From contig CAWBZI010000002.1 of the NCBI GenBank assembly GCA_963793265.1, positions 768,001-832,000 on the forward strand: a stretch of DNA of 64,000 bases. The letters are read 5' to 3'. The DNA comes from an uncultured cyanobacterium (lineage in GTDB: Bacteria > Cyanobacteriota > Cyanobacteriia > Phormidesmidales > Phormidesmidaceae). A model generated the notes under the pieces. It searched no databases. It worked only from the letters and a program-made list of their open reading frames with translations, and had not been told where the DNA came from. This document shows, piece after piece, positions 22,740 to 32,978 of the stretch (positions are counted from its first letter, which is position 1; every line of letters begins with the position of its first letter). Made by a program: the position numbers and the translations under genes.

Positions 22740-23099
22740 ATGAGTGTAAATGTAGTCACTTTGGTTGGGCGTGTTGGGAGAGATCCAGAGGTTCGCTATT
22801 TTGAATCTGGAAATGTGCTGGCAAAGTGCGGCTTGGCGGTTAATAGACGTACCCGCAATAGCGATCAGCCTGATTGGTTCAATCTAGAAATTTGGGGGAA
22901 AACAGCAGAAATCGCAGCTAATTACGTTCGTAAAGGCAGCTTGATTGGTGTTACAGGCTCTATCAAGCTTGATAGCTGGCAGGATCGCTCTACGGGGGCT
23001 TTGCGTACGAGCCCAGTGATTCGCGTAGCACAGCTAGATCTATTGGGATCCAAGCGGGATAATGCGGCTCCGATGGACTACGGTAACGACGAGTTCTAA
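22740..23099 (+). CDS. ssb: Single-stranded DNA-binding protein
   Basis: 'NVVTLVGRVGRDPE' OB fold; acidic tail ending DEF. Confidence 0.95.
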   Translation: MSVNVVTLVGRVGRDPEVRYFESGNVLAKCGLAVNRRTRNSDQPDWFNLEIWGKTAEIAANYVRKGSLIGVTGSIKLDSWQDRSTGALRTSPVIRVAQLDLLGSKRDNAAPMDYGNDEF

Positions 23100-23133
23100 A
23101 GGGTAGAAAAACTATCTAGAAGCCCAGATATTT

Positions 23134-23169
23134 AAAAGCCCGTAACGATCAAATTCGTTGCGGGCTTTT
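23134..23169. terminator. Bidirectional intrinsic terminator (ssb/mfd)
   Basis: AAAAGCCCGTAACGA...TCGTTGCGGGCTTTT. Confidence 0.8.
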
Positions 23170-23178
23170 GCGATTTCT

Positions 23179-26100
23179 TTAGGCAGAAACGCTCGACAAA
23201 GCCGGTTTTTTCAAAGCGCCCTGCATTTGCCCAAGCCAGTCGATCAAGCTTTCAATTTGCTTGTCGGGGCTAAGTACGCCCAGTCCGCGAACGGTAACCT
23301 TGCCGGGTGCGTAGACGAAACGCGATCGCAAATGACTCGGCAGCTTTTCTTGCAGCAAATTCCAGGCAGGCTTCTCCATCGGCGTTTCCATAATCACATT
23401 CTGCTTGCCCTCTAGCTTAATTCGTGAAAAACCAAGCGGCTTAGCCATCTGCTTAATCTCAAGCACTTTCACAAGCTGACCCACCGCAGGCGGCAAAGTG
23501 CCGTAGCGGTCGTTCAAATCCGCCACAATTTCCATCAGTTCCCGCCGCGTACCCGCAGAGACTAAATCGCGGTAGATACTCATTTTCTGATCGACATCAG
23601 GAATGTAGTCGGCAGGAATAAAGGCCGTGACCTTAAGATCCACCTGAGTTTCATCGACCTGTGGAATTTCTTGACCGCGAATCTCTGCAATCGATTCTTC
23701 GAGCATGTCCATGTACAGATCGAAGCCGATCACTTCCATTTGCCCAGACTGCTGCGCACCGAGTAAGTTACCAATGCCGCGAATTTCCATATCTCGCATC
23801 GCAAGCTGATAGCCAGAGCCCAACTGAGTAAATTCTTGAATGGCACGAAGCCGCTTACGAGCCTTGTCTGAAAGCTTGTTCTGAGCGGGGAAAAGTAGCC
23901 AGGCGTGAGCTTGAATACCCGAACGACCCACGCGACCTCTAAGTTGATAGAGCTGAGAAAGCCCGAACTTATGAGCGTCTTCAATGATGATGGTGTTCAC
24001 TCTAGGAATATCGAGTCCTGACTCGATGATGGTAGTGCAAACCATCAGATCGGCCTCGCCACTGCCGAAGGTGAGCATGGTGGCTTCTAGTTCGCCTTCA
24101 GGCATTTGACCATGGGCGATCGCTAACCGAATCCCCGGCACCGCCTCCCGAATCCGCCCAGCCACTTCCTCAATGCCGTCCACCCGAGGCACCACATAGA
24201 ATATCTGCCCCCCGCGATCTAGCTCCTGACGAATCGCCGCTCTCACCTTCTCAGGATCATAGGGCGATAGGTGCGTCTTAATCGGACGGCGAGACGGCGG
24301 TGGTGTGGTAATCAGGCTCATTTCTCGTACACCTGAAAGCGCCATATAAAGCGTTCTAGGAATCGGCGTTGCACTCAGCGTCAGAACATCTACCTGAGCC
24401 TTCATCGCCTTAATTTTCTCCTTTTGGTTCACTCCAAACCGCTGCTCTTCATCCACCACCAGCAGGCCCAAATCCTTAAACTTGACGACCTTGCCGAGTA
24501 GCTGATGAGTACCAACAACCACGTCGAGTTCACCAGAAAGCAAACGCTTGAGAATGTCTTTGCGTTCAGAGGCGCTACGGAAGCGGTTGAGTAGCCCAAT
24601 TTGGATGGGATAAGGTGCGAAGCGTTCTTTGAGCGTGTGGTAGTGCTGCTGCGTCAAAATAGTCGTGGGCGCAAGTAAAGCAACCTGCTTGCCTGCGGTG
24701 ATTGCTTTGAAGATGGCACGCAGAGCAACTTCTGTTTTGCCAAAACCCACATCGCCACAGACTAAGCGATCCATCGGGCGATCGCTCTCCATATCTCGTT
24801 TCACATCCTGCGTCGCCTTGAGCTGATCTGGCGTGGGATCGTAAGGAAATGAATCCTCTAGCTCCTGCTGCCAGGGCATATCTTGGGGATAGGTAAAGCC
24901 TTCCATTTGCGATCGCTTAGCATACAGCTTCAGCAAATCGACCGCCACCTTCTGAATGGCCTTACGCGCCTTACCCTTGGTTTTCTCCCAAGTTTTGCCC
25001 GTCATCTTATTGAGCTGAGGCCGCTGATCTACCGACGTGCGATAGCGCGACAGCGAAGCCATCTGATCAACCGCCACCCGCAGCAAACCATCCGCGTACT
25101 GAATGACTAAGATATTCGCGCGTTTTGTTATCAACGGTGATGCTATCAAGCCGTAGAAACTGACCGATCCCGTGGTTACGATGAACTACATAGTCCTTCG
25201 GATTGAGCTTGTTGGGATCAACCTGTTTAGAGGCTGCGCGACGGCGTTTGCGAACGTAGCTAGGCGTCGCTAGCGTGTGCTGCCCAAAGAATTCGCGGTC
25301 AGTAACGACCACAATGCGAAAGGTCGGCAGGATGAATCCTTCAAGCTCAGCGAGTCCTGAATACTTGACGGCAATAGGAATCCGCTGATTTTGCAGCTTA
25401 TCAATCGCGGGATAGTCTTTGGGAGTTCGGAATAAACTGAGCCGGGCAGTCGTGCTCTTGCAGCAGGGCAACTGAGCGGGAGGGTTGAGCAGAAATGAGC
25501 CAGGGGGTGAACTTGCGATCGCGCTCTGCCCTCAAAATATCAGCCAGCTTCCCAAACTGATGCGGGATCGTCGGAATAGGCCGACTCGCCAAATTCAGCC
25601 CCACCCCTTCCTCTGCAATTTCTGAAAGTCCAACCTGCTGAAACAGGCTCAGCTCCTCAAGCACTTCAGCATAAGGCTTATGAATCCTAGGCAATCCCTG
25701 AGCAGGCAGCTTAACGTCAGGATGTTTTTCCAAAGCCTCCTGAGCCTCTGCCCAACGCTCCTCCATCGTCTCGATCCAGCGATCGGCATGAGCCTGGCAC
25801 TGCGCAGGCTCATCAATCGCAATCATTGTATCTTCAGGCAGATAGTCCAGCAGCGAGGCAGGCGACTCGAACGCCAATCCCGTGAACCGCCGGACGCCTT
25901 CTACCTGCTGACTGGTCGCGAAACTTTCTTGATCTTCTGGCACGAGAAGGTCTTCAAGCAGACCCTTTTTATCAAGTGCCTCAGAAATGATGGGGCTATA
26001 GTCGGTGGTTGTGAGTAAAAGGGTTTCGATTTTGTCGAGCGATCGCTGACTAGCCGGATCAAACTCCCTCAGCCGTTCCAGCTCATCCCCAAACAGTTCC

Positions 26101-26723
26101 AGCCGCACCGGCAGCTCAGCCGCCACAGGAAACACATCAATAATGTCTCCTCTCTGGCTCCACTGCCCCTCAGTCTCCACCGTCGCCACTTTCGCATAGC
26201 CCAGCTTAGCCAAACTAATCGAAAGATCCTTCAGGTTCAGCTCCATCCCCAGCGTAATTTCCAGGCAGTAAGGCCGAAACACCTCAACCGGCGGTAGATG
26301 CGGCTGCAACGCCCTTTCAGTAGCCACAATCGCCATCGACCCCAAATGCTTCGAGCCCGGCGGCATCTCACCGCTATACGCCTTGCCATTAATCAGATCT
26401 GAGAGCACCTGAAGCTGTCCCCAGGTCAACTCCGACTCCTGATCGAACCCGTCATAAGGAGAAGACTCCGAGGTGGGATAAAACGAAACCGTCTCCCAGC
26501 CCATCGCCTCTAGCTGCGCGGCCCACCGACCTGCTTCTTCTAGCGTGGCCGCGATCGCTAACATCGGTCGCTGCTGCGCCTGAGCCAAAGCAGACACCAC
26601 CAACCCTTTCGGCAGTCTAGGCACACCGTTAAGCTGTAGCTGCTGCTGCTTTCCGAGCTTATTTACCAGCTCTTGGCCAAGAGCCGTTCGGGCTAGCGCG
26701 CGCGTAATCGAAGAAAAGGCCAT
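23179..26723 (-). pseudogene. mfd: Transcription-repair coupling factor Mfd, split into three ORFs by two +1 insertions (probably artefacts)
   Basis: ORFs 25401-26723, 25067-25471 and 23179-25149 join into full-length Mfd (UvrB-like domain, [22 protein letters not shown]). Shifts at about 25424 and 25110. Confidence 0.9.
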
Positions 26724-26805
26724 GGGTCAATTTAAGTGCGATCGCCACCTAAAACAAACAGAGTTTCATTCTAGAAGGCATCGCCTCAAAAATGCATCAT
26801 CCCCG

Positions 26806-26830
26806 GTAGGGGCGTAAGGTCTTACGCCCT
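26806..26830 (+). repeat. GTAG-type REP-like palindrome
   Basis: GTAG followed by hairpin GGGCGTAAG-GT-CTTACGCCC, intergenic between pgi and mfd. Confidence 0.6.
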
Positions 26831-26867
26831 CCGGCAGCAATTCACCAGATCTTCGACCCGCGAAAAA

Positions 26868-28454
26868 CTAAGCCGCCGAAACCTTCAGCGCCTCAGGCTT
26901 ACTAGGATCACCCTCTATCTTCACACCCCGATTATTGGCATCCAAATGCCGCACAATCTTATAGATATTCTCAATTCTATCCGTCGCCGCAATCTTCTCT
27001 GCAATCTCACTCAAAGACAAAGGCTTATCCGCTCCCTTCAGCGCGTCCTTCACCTGATTTTGCAGATCCAGTACAGCCGCCGCCGCCTTCTTACCCGCTT
27101 CCACGCCCGGCTGATGATAGGCATTGATATTCACCAAATGAGCATACAAACTCACTGCCCGTTCATAGAGCGCAATCAAAGCTCCCACCATACGAGCGCT
27201 CACATCCGGCACCGTAATGGTAATCGAATCGCGATGATTGTCATACAAAGCGCTGCGCGTACCCTGAAGCAATCCAGACAGATAGTCACCTGAAGTCACA
27301 CCAGGCTCCACCTCCACCGAAACACCCTCACGGTCTTGCAACACCTCAATCAATGTGGCAAAAAAGTTAGGCACCCCTTCGCGAAGCTGCTGAACGTAAG
27401 CATGTTGGTCAGTTGAACCTTTATTGCCATATACCGCAATCCCCTGGTAAACCGTATTGCCATCTAAGTCCTTTTCCTTACCCAAAGACTCCATCACAAG
27501 CTGTTGCAGATAGCGACTAAAGAGGAAAAGGCTGTCCTTGTAAGGCAGCACAACCATATCTTTTTCGCCCTTGCCATTCCCTGAGAAATACCAGGCCATT
27601 GCCAAAAGAGCCGCAGGATTTTCACGAACGTTTGCCACGCGGGTCGCATCGTCCATTTCTTTTGCGCCGTCTAGCATCGCTTGAATATCAATACCTTGCA
27701 AAGCCGCCGGTAAAAGCCCTACTGCCGACAGTTCAGAAGTTCGTCCACCAATCCAGTCGTACATCGGGAACGTAGTTAGCCAACCTTCTGACGTTGCAAC
27801 CTTGTCTAATTTGCTGCCTTCTCCGGTAACTGCAACCGCTTGTTTAGCAAAGTCGAGCCCGGCTTTTTCAAAAGCAGCCTTGCTCTCTACCATGCCGTTT
27901 CTAGTTTCGGGTGTGCCACCAGATTTAGAAACGATCAAGACGAGGGTGGTTTTGAGGCGATCGCCAATCTCATCGAAAACGTGGTCGATCCCTACAGGAT
28001 CAGTATTGTCAATAAAGTGAATATTGACCGCTGGATTAGCTTCCACCAATGCCTGAGAAACAAACTGCGGGCCTAAAGCAGATCCACCGATTCCGACAGA
28101 GAGCACGTCTGTAAAGCGATCGCCTCCTGGCGGCTTAATCTCACCGTTCAAAACCTTCGTGGCAAACTCTTTTACAGAACTCAGCGTTTCAGTAACTGCT
28201 TTCTTAAGTTCTTCGGTTGGGGCCAAATCCGCATTTCGCAGCCAGTAATGGCCGACCATGCGATTTTCATCGGGGTTAGCGATCGCACCCCCTTCCAATT
28301 CCACCATCGCCTCAAACGCCTCATCAAACCTTGGCGTGAGCTGTTTTACAAACGCATCGTCAAAACTCATCCGACTAATATCGATATAGATACCGAGCCC
28401 TTTGTGATAATAAAGCCAGTCTTGATAGCGTTTCCAGAGTGCAGCCGCGTCCAT
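26868..28454 (-). CDS. pgi: Glucose-6-phosphate isomerase
   Basis: [16 protein letters not shown], '[10 protein letters not shown]', 'QPGVEAGK'. Likely start ATG 28454. Confidence 0.96.
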   Translation of the reverse strand: MDAAALWKRYQDWLYYHKGLGIYIDISRMSFDDAFVKQLTPRFDEAFEAMVELEGGAIANPDENRMVGHYWLRNADLAPTEELKKAVTETLSSVKEFATKVLNGEIKPPGGDRFTDVLSVGIGGSALGPQFVSQALVEANPAVNIHFIDNTDPVGIDHVFDEIGDRLKTTLVLIVSKSGGTPETRNGMVESKAAFEKAGLDFAKQAVAVTGEGSKLDKVATSEGWLTTFPMYDWIGGRTSELSAVGLLPAALQGIDIQAMLDGAKEMDDATRVANVRENPAALLAMAWYFSGNGKGEKDMVVLPYKDSLFLFSRYLQQLVMESLGKEKDLDGNTVYQGIAVYGNKGSTDQHAYVQQLREGVPNFFATLIEVLQDREGVSVEVEPGVTSGDYLSGLLQGTRSALYDNHRDSITITVPDVSARMVGALIALYERAVSLYAHLVNINAYHQPGVEAGKKAAAAVLDLQNQVKDALKGADKPLSLSEIAEKIAATDRIENIYKIVRHLDANNRGVKIEGDPSKPEALKVSAA

Positions 28455-28669
28455 AATGATTCTCTTTTGTGTGCTGGAATTGAAATGATATAAGCCATCG
28501 CTAATACATATAGAGCCTGATAGACATTTTTCGCAAAAGGTCGGCAGGATTTTAATATTCGTAGCTTTTGCCACCCTTTAGTAGCCGTGATTACAAAGCT
28601 CTACCCTAAGATAGAAGTAGGGCCAAGCCTCAAACTTAAAACAGCGTGAATTATTTAGTAGTGCTCTCT

Positions 28670-29704
28670 ATGGATCTCACTTCTCTAAACCTGGCAACTC
28701 TAGAAAGCTGGCTAGACAACGCCGCTTTCGCCGTACTGTTCGCAACGATGCTGGCATATTGGAGCGGACTGGCCTTCGAGAAAGCCAAGATTTTGCCGAT
28801 CATCGGCGGCGCAGGTATGGCCGTTGGCAATCTGTGTTTGGCAGCGCTCTTGACTGCTAGATGGATAGAAGGCGGCTACTTTCCCCTAAGTAATCTCTAC
28901 GAATCGCTATTTTTCATCGCCTGGGGCATCACTGCCATGCACTTTGTCGCTGAGCGTATGAGTGGCAGTCGCTGGGTCGGTGCGGTAACCTCACCTGTTG
29001 CTATGGGCATCTCAGCTTTTGCAGCGCTCACCCTACCAGATGCAATGCAGGTTTCAGAGCCTTTAGTACCCGCACTAAAGTCTAACTGGCTAATGATGCA
29101 CGTGAGCGTGATGCTGTTGAGCTATTCGGCGCTGATGGTAGGGGCATTGATTGCGATCGCCTTCCTGATTGTCACCCGAGGCCAAAATGTAGAACTCAAA
29201 GGCAGCTCTGTCGGCACCGGAGGCTTCAGGGATCGCAAGTACCAGCTCAAAAAAGCAGACGATACCCCAGCCCCCGAACCGCTACCAACACTCTCAATGT
29301 CTAGGGCAATGTCCGGTGGCGGTACCGCTGTTCTAGAAGCACCTGCAAAAACAACCGCAGCCGTTGCCCTCTCCCCTCAGCGCCTAACCCTAGCCGACAC
29401 GCTAGACAACATCAGCTATCGCATCATTGGCTTAGGCTTTCCCCTCCTCACTATCGGCATCATTGCCGGTGCCGTATGGGCCAACGAAGCTTGGGGATCG
29501 TACTGGAGCTGGGATCCTAAAGAAACCTGGGCGTTGATCACTTGGCTAGTATTTGCAGCCTACCTTCATGCTCGCATCACCAAAGGATGGCAGGGCAGAA
29601 GGCCCGCAATTTTAGCCGCTTCAGGCTTCGTCGTTGTCTGGATTTGCTATCTGGGCGTCAACCTTTTAGGTAAAGGTCTACACAGCTACGGCTGGTTCTT
29701 TTAA
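28670..29704 (+). CDS. ccsB: Cytochrome c biogenesis protein CcsB (CcsA/ResC)
   Basis: WWD domain '[18 protein letters not shown]' and C-terminal 'GLHSYG'. Confidence 0.95.
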   Translation: MDLTSLNLATLESWLDNAAFAVLFATMLAYWSGLAFEKAKILPIIGGAGMAVGNLCLAALLTARWIEGGYFPLSNLYESLFFIAWGITAMHFVAERMSGSRWVGAVTSPVAMGISAFAALTLPDAMQVSEPLVPALKSNWLMMHVSVMLLSYSALMVGALIAIAFLIVTRGQNVELKGSSVGTGGFRDRKYQLKKADDTPAPEPLPTLSMSRAMSGGGTAVLEAPAKTTAAVALSPQRLTLADTLDNISYRIIGLGFPLLTIGIIAGAVWANEAWGSYWSWDPKETWALITWLVFAAYLHARITKGWQGRRPAILAASGFVVVWICYLGVNLLGKGLHSYGWFF

Positions 29705-29713
29705 GCAGCCTTT

Positions 29714-30373
29714 CTAGCCGACGCTAGCAAATAGGATAGGCAAAGGCTGCGGTGCGGCAGTTTCACTGGTGACCACTTCCAACACCTTGTTTTTGGCCGT
29801 GGGCTGACTTACGGCCTCAGCACAAATCTCAGCCACCTTTTGCCGAGGAATGCTGCCCTCAAATAGCGTGTCAGCAGCAGACATCACAATAGCCTGATCG
29901 TTATTTTCATTCTTCAGCCCACCCGGACGCACGATCGTATAGGGCACACCGCTGTTCTTCAGATAGTCTTCAGCCTGCTGCTTCCAATAGAGCACACCCC
30001 AAAACAGATTCAGCGGGTGAAAGATCTTAGAAACGCATAGAGACGAAACCATCACAAACTGCTCAACGTTAGCCGTCTTCGCGGCGTCTACCAGATTCTT
30101 ATTGCCTTCGTAGTCAACTTTATAGGGCCCAGTTGGATCAAAGCTAGGAGCCGCACCTGTCGCACTCAGCAAAACCTGACAACCAGCCAAAGCCGCCGTC
30201 AGCGTTTCGGGCTTAAGCACATCCCCTACCACAACTTCAACGCCCTCTGGCAAGCTGGCGTCCGCTTTAGATTCGGCTCTTACTAAAGCTCTTACCTGAA
30301 TATTTCGGGCAAGGAGCTGTTCGACGATGTGGCTACCCGTCTGACCTGTTGCACCTGCGACTAGAGCTTTCAT
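29714..30373 (-). CDS. NAD(P)-binding SDR-like (atypical/NmrA-like) oxidoreductase
   Basis: 'VAGATGQTG', 'VDYEGNKNLVDAA', 'YTIVRPGGL'. Confidence 0.9.
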   Translation of the reverse strand: MKALVAGATGQTGSHIVEQLLARNIQVRALVRAESKADASLPEGVEVVVGDVLKPETLTAALAGCQVLLSATGAAPSFDPTGPYKVDYEGNKNLVDAAKTANVEQFVMVSSLCVSKIFHPLNLFWGVLYWKQQAEDYLKNSGVPYTIVRPGGLKNENNDQAIVMSAADTLFEGSIPRQKVAEICAEAVSQPTAKNKVLEVVTSETAAPQPLPILFASVG

Positions 30374-30778
30374 TAGCTATACCCCTTTTGAAAAAAGTTA
30401 GATAAACTATCGATTACGGAAAGCAGTATAGGTGCTTCAGTTGCCACCAACATCCCCTCTAAAGGCATTCTTTCTACGTACTTTTGTTAGCTCATTGATG
30501 CTGTAGATATCCGTATAACAACGAAGGTCGCTGCCGAACTTCAGTAGCTACGTTTAGTGAAAGGTATAGTTTAGAACGCATCAAGCTCTCTTTATACGTA
30601 AAAAACGCAGTTCGCTTCGCTAACCAGTCACTTTTCTACTGTTGACTTAATTTTTGAATTGGTTTCGTAAGTAACAGACGCCGCCATCTATGTATCAGAT
30701 GCTGTAGTCGTCAGTTTGATTGAAAAGCGCTGCGCAGCCTCGACAAGAAATACTAAATCCCTATCTCTATTCAGCCTC

Positions 30779-31477
30779 ATGCAAATTTCTTCTGACGCAT
30801 CTTCCTCCCAGGTAGGCTCCCAATTTCTGAAAGCGGGTGCTAGTGTGATTGAAGGTAAAAAAACTTCACACGCAGAATTTTCTTCGAAAGAGACATTGCA
30901 CTTCCAAGGCGACTATATCGGCCAAATGGAGATGTACGCGGATGCAGCCAGTGTTGCGAAATATCTAGACGCACACCAAGAATGGTTTCATCGCTGCGCT
31001 CAGCCCATGACTGTAGAGCCCATTGGCGAAAATGGCTATGGATTAACGGTGGGCAAATTTAAGAGCTTAAACCACGAGGTTGAGCCCAAAATAGGTCTGC
31101 ATCTGCTGCCTCAAGAAGAAGGCATTTATCGTATTGAAACGATCCCAGTGCCCGGCTACGAACCAGCAGGTTATGATGTCGACTTCAAAGCTTCTATGAC
31201 GCTATGCGAAGGCGCTGCCGAAGATTTGCCTAAAGATTTAGAGATTGAGAAGGCAACTCATGTGGAGTGGGAGTTAACGCTATCGACTTGGGTTGAGGTG
31301 CCTCGATTTATTCAGGTATTGCCTGATAACTTGGTCAAGGCGTCAGGCGATAAGCTGCTAAATCAAATTGTTCGCCAGGTGTCTAAGCGGCTGACGAAGA
31401 AGGTGCAGCAGGAGTTTCACACGTCTTTGAATTTGCCTGTGCCTAATGAAAACAAGCGACGCTTTTGGCAGAGATAG
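30779..31477 (+). CDS. DUF1997-family protein
   Basis: 'YLDAHQEWFHRCAQPM', 'GD.LLNQIVRQVS.RLT' pattern; ATG 30779. Confidence 0.8.
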   Translation: MQISSDASSSQVGSQFLKAGASVIEGKKTSHAEFSSKETLHFQGDYIGQMEMYADAASVAKYLDAHQEWFHRCAQPMTVEPIGENGYGLTVGKFKSLNHEVEPKIGLHLLPQEEGIYRIETIPVPGYEPAGYDVDFKASMTLCEGAAEDLPKDLEIEKATHVEWELTLSTWVEVPRFIQVLPDNLVKASGDKLLNQIVRQVSKRLTKKVQQEFHTSLNLPVPNENKRRFWQR

Positions 31478-31501
31478 CAGCTTTGTACAAGCGAAAAAGT
31501 T

Positions 31502-31537
31502 AAAACCCTCCGTCGAGTAACTTGACGGAGGGTTTTT
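31502..31537. terminator. Bidirectional intrinsic terminator
   Basis: AAAACCCTCCGTCGAG-TAA-CTTGACGGAGGGTTTT between convergent genes. Confidence 0.85.
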
Positions 31538-31551
31538 AATATGAGGATTTT

Positions 31552-32499
31552 CTACTGTAAAGCGAATCGATCCGTAGCTTCAATCAAAGCGCTTCTGATG
31601 CCTGGCTCTGTCGCAGAGTGGCCCGCGTTCGCGATAACCGTAAGCTCAGCTTCAGGCCAAGCACGATGCAGATCCCAGGCGGAAGCCATCGGGCACACCA
31701 CGTCGTATCGGCCCTGAATGATGACGGTTGGAATATGGCGGATACGGTTTACGCTGTCGAGAAGCTGATTTTCGTTCTCGAAAAAGCCTTTGTTAATGAA
31801 GTAGTGGCACTCAATGCGCGCGAAGGCATCGGCAAAGCTACCGCTGCCAAACCGCTCAATTAAGCCTTCGTCCAGGATTAGCTTACTGGTGCTGGCCTCC
31901 CAAATTGACCAAGCGCGAGCGGCTGTCTGTCGAATATCAGCATCGTCGCTGGTCAGGCGTTTGTAGTAAGCCGCAACTAAGTTATCTCGTTCGGCTTCAG
32001 GAATAGGGGCGATGTAACCCTCCCAAGCATCAGGAAAGATATAGCTTGCGCCCGACTGATAGAACCATTGGATTTCTTTTGAGCGCAGCATGAAAATGCC
32101 TCTGAGGATCAACCCAGCGCAGCGAGCTGGGTGGGTTTGGGCGTAGGTGAGTGCTAAGGTGCTGCCCCAGCTACCGCCGAAGACCGTCCACTTTGGTATA
32201 GAGAGACGCGATCGCAATTTCTCAATATCGCTCACTAAATCCCAAGTCGTATTATCAGTCAGCTCTGCATGAGGCGTACTTTTGCCGCAGCCGCGCTGAT
32301 CGAATAAGATAATTCGCCATTGAGCGGGATCAAAAAACTGGCGGTAGATAGGAATGCTGCCACCGCCAGGGCCACCGTGTAAAAAGACAACCGGCTTGCC
32401 ATCGGGGTTACCGGATTCTTCGTAGTAAAGCGTGTGCAGAGAAGAAACCTGTAGCGTGCTCTGCAAATAGGGCTCAATCGGTGGATATAGATTAGACAT
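31552..32499 (-). CDS. pip: Proline iminopeptidase (S33)
   Basis: HGGPG, DQRGCG, GGSWG nucleophile motif, GRYD, AGHS. Confidence 0.95.
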   Translation of the reverse strand: MSNLYPPIEPYLQSTLQVSSLHTLYYEESGNPDGKPVVFLHGGPGGGSIPIYRQFFDPAQWRIILFDQRGCGKSTPHAELTDNTTWDLVSDIEKLRSRLSIPKWTVFGGSWGSTLALTYAQTHPARCAGLILRGIFMLRSKEIQWFYQSGASYIFPDAWEGYIAPIPEAERDNLVAAYYKRLTSDDADIRQTAARAWSIWEASTSKLILDEGLIERFGSGSFADAFARIECHYFINKGFFENENQLLDSVNRIRHIPTVIIQGRYDVVCPMASAWDLHRAWPEAELTVIANAGHSATEPGIRSALIEATDRFALQ

Positions 32500-32978
32500 A
32501 GCGGCGCGTAAAAAGACTGAAGTGAGCCTATTGTGCCAGCCAGATGCCGCTTCGAAAGAAAGCAGTGATAAACGTGAAAGAACCGCTAAGCTTTTTGCTG
32601 CTCGATATTTTCTAGCGAATTTGTTTTAAGCGCAAAAGCCATAATGACTTTCCATTTTCCCGTCTTAGGATCGCGCAGTGAGCTAAAGGGATTAGGCTTA
32701 AGCGGACGACGACTAGGCTGAGGCATAGTAGCAAATCATAAACTCATTAATACAGCTTACTGAGTATAAAAAACTACTGGTGTGATAGACATAGCCAAGA
32801 CAGGTGACTATTATCACGGATATAGCAAAACGAAGGCACTACCTACATTGGACGCCCCAGCCAGAATCAAAGTGAACAGCAAAATGAATATGTTTGTATC
32901 AGAGAACTTCAATCTTTGGTAGGGTTGCTGTTAACAGAATTTATATTTTCTTTATTTCACGTTTAGCTTGCGGCACCT

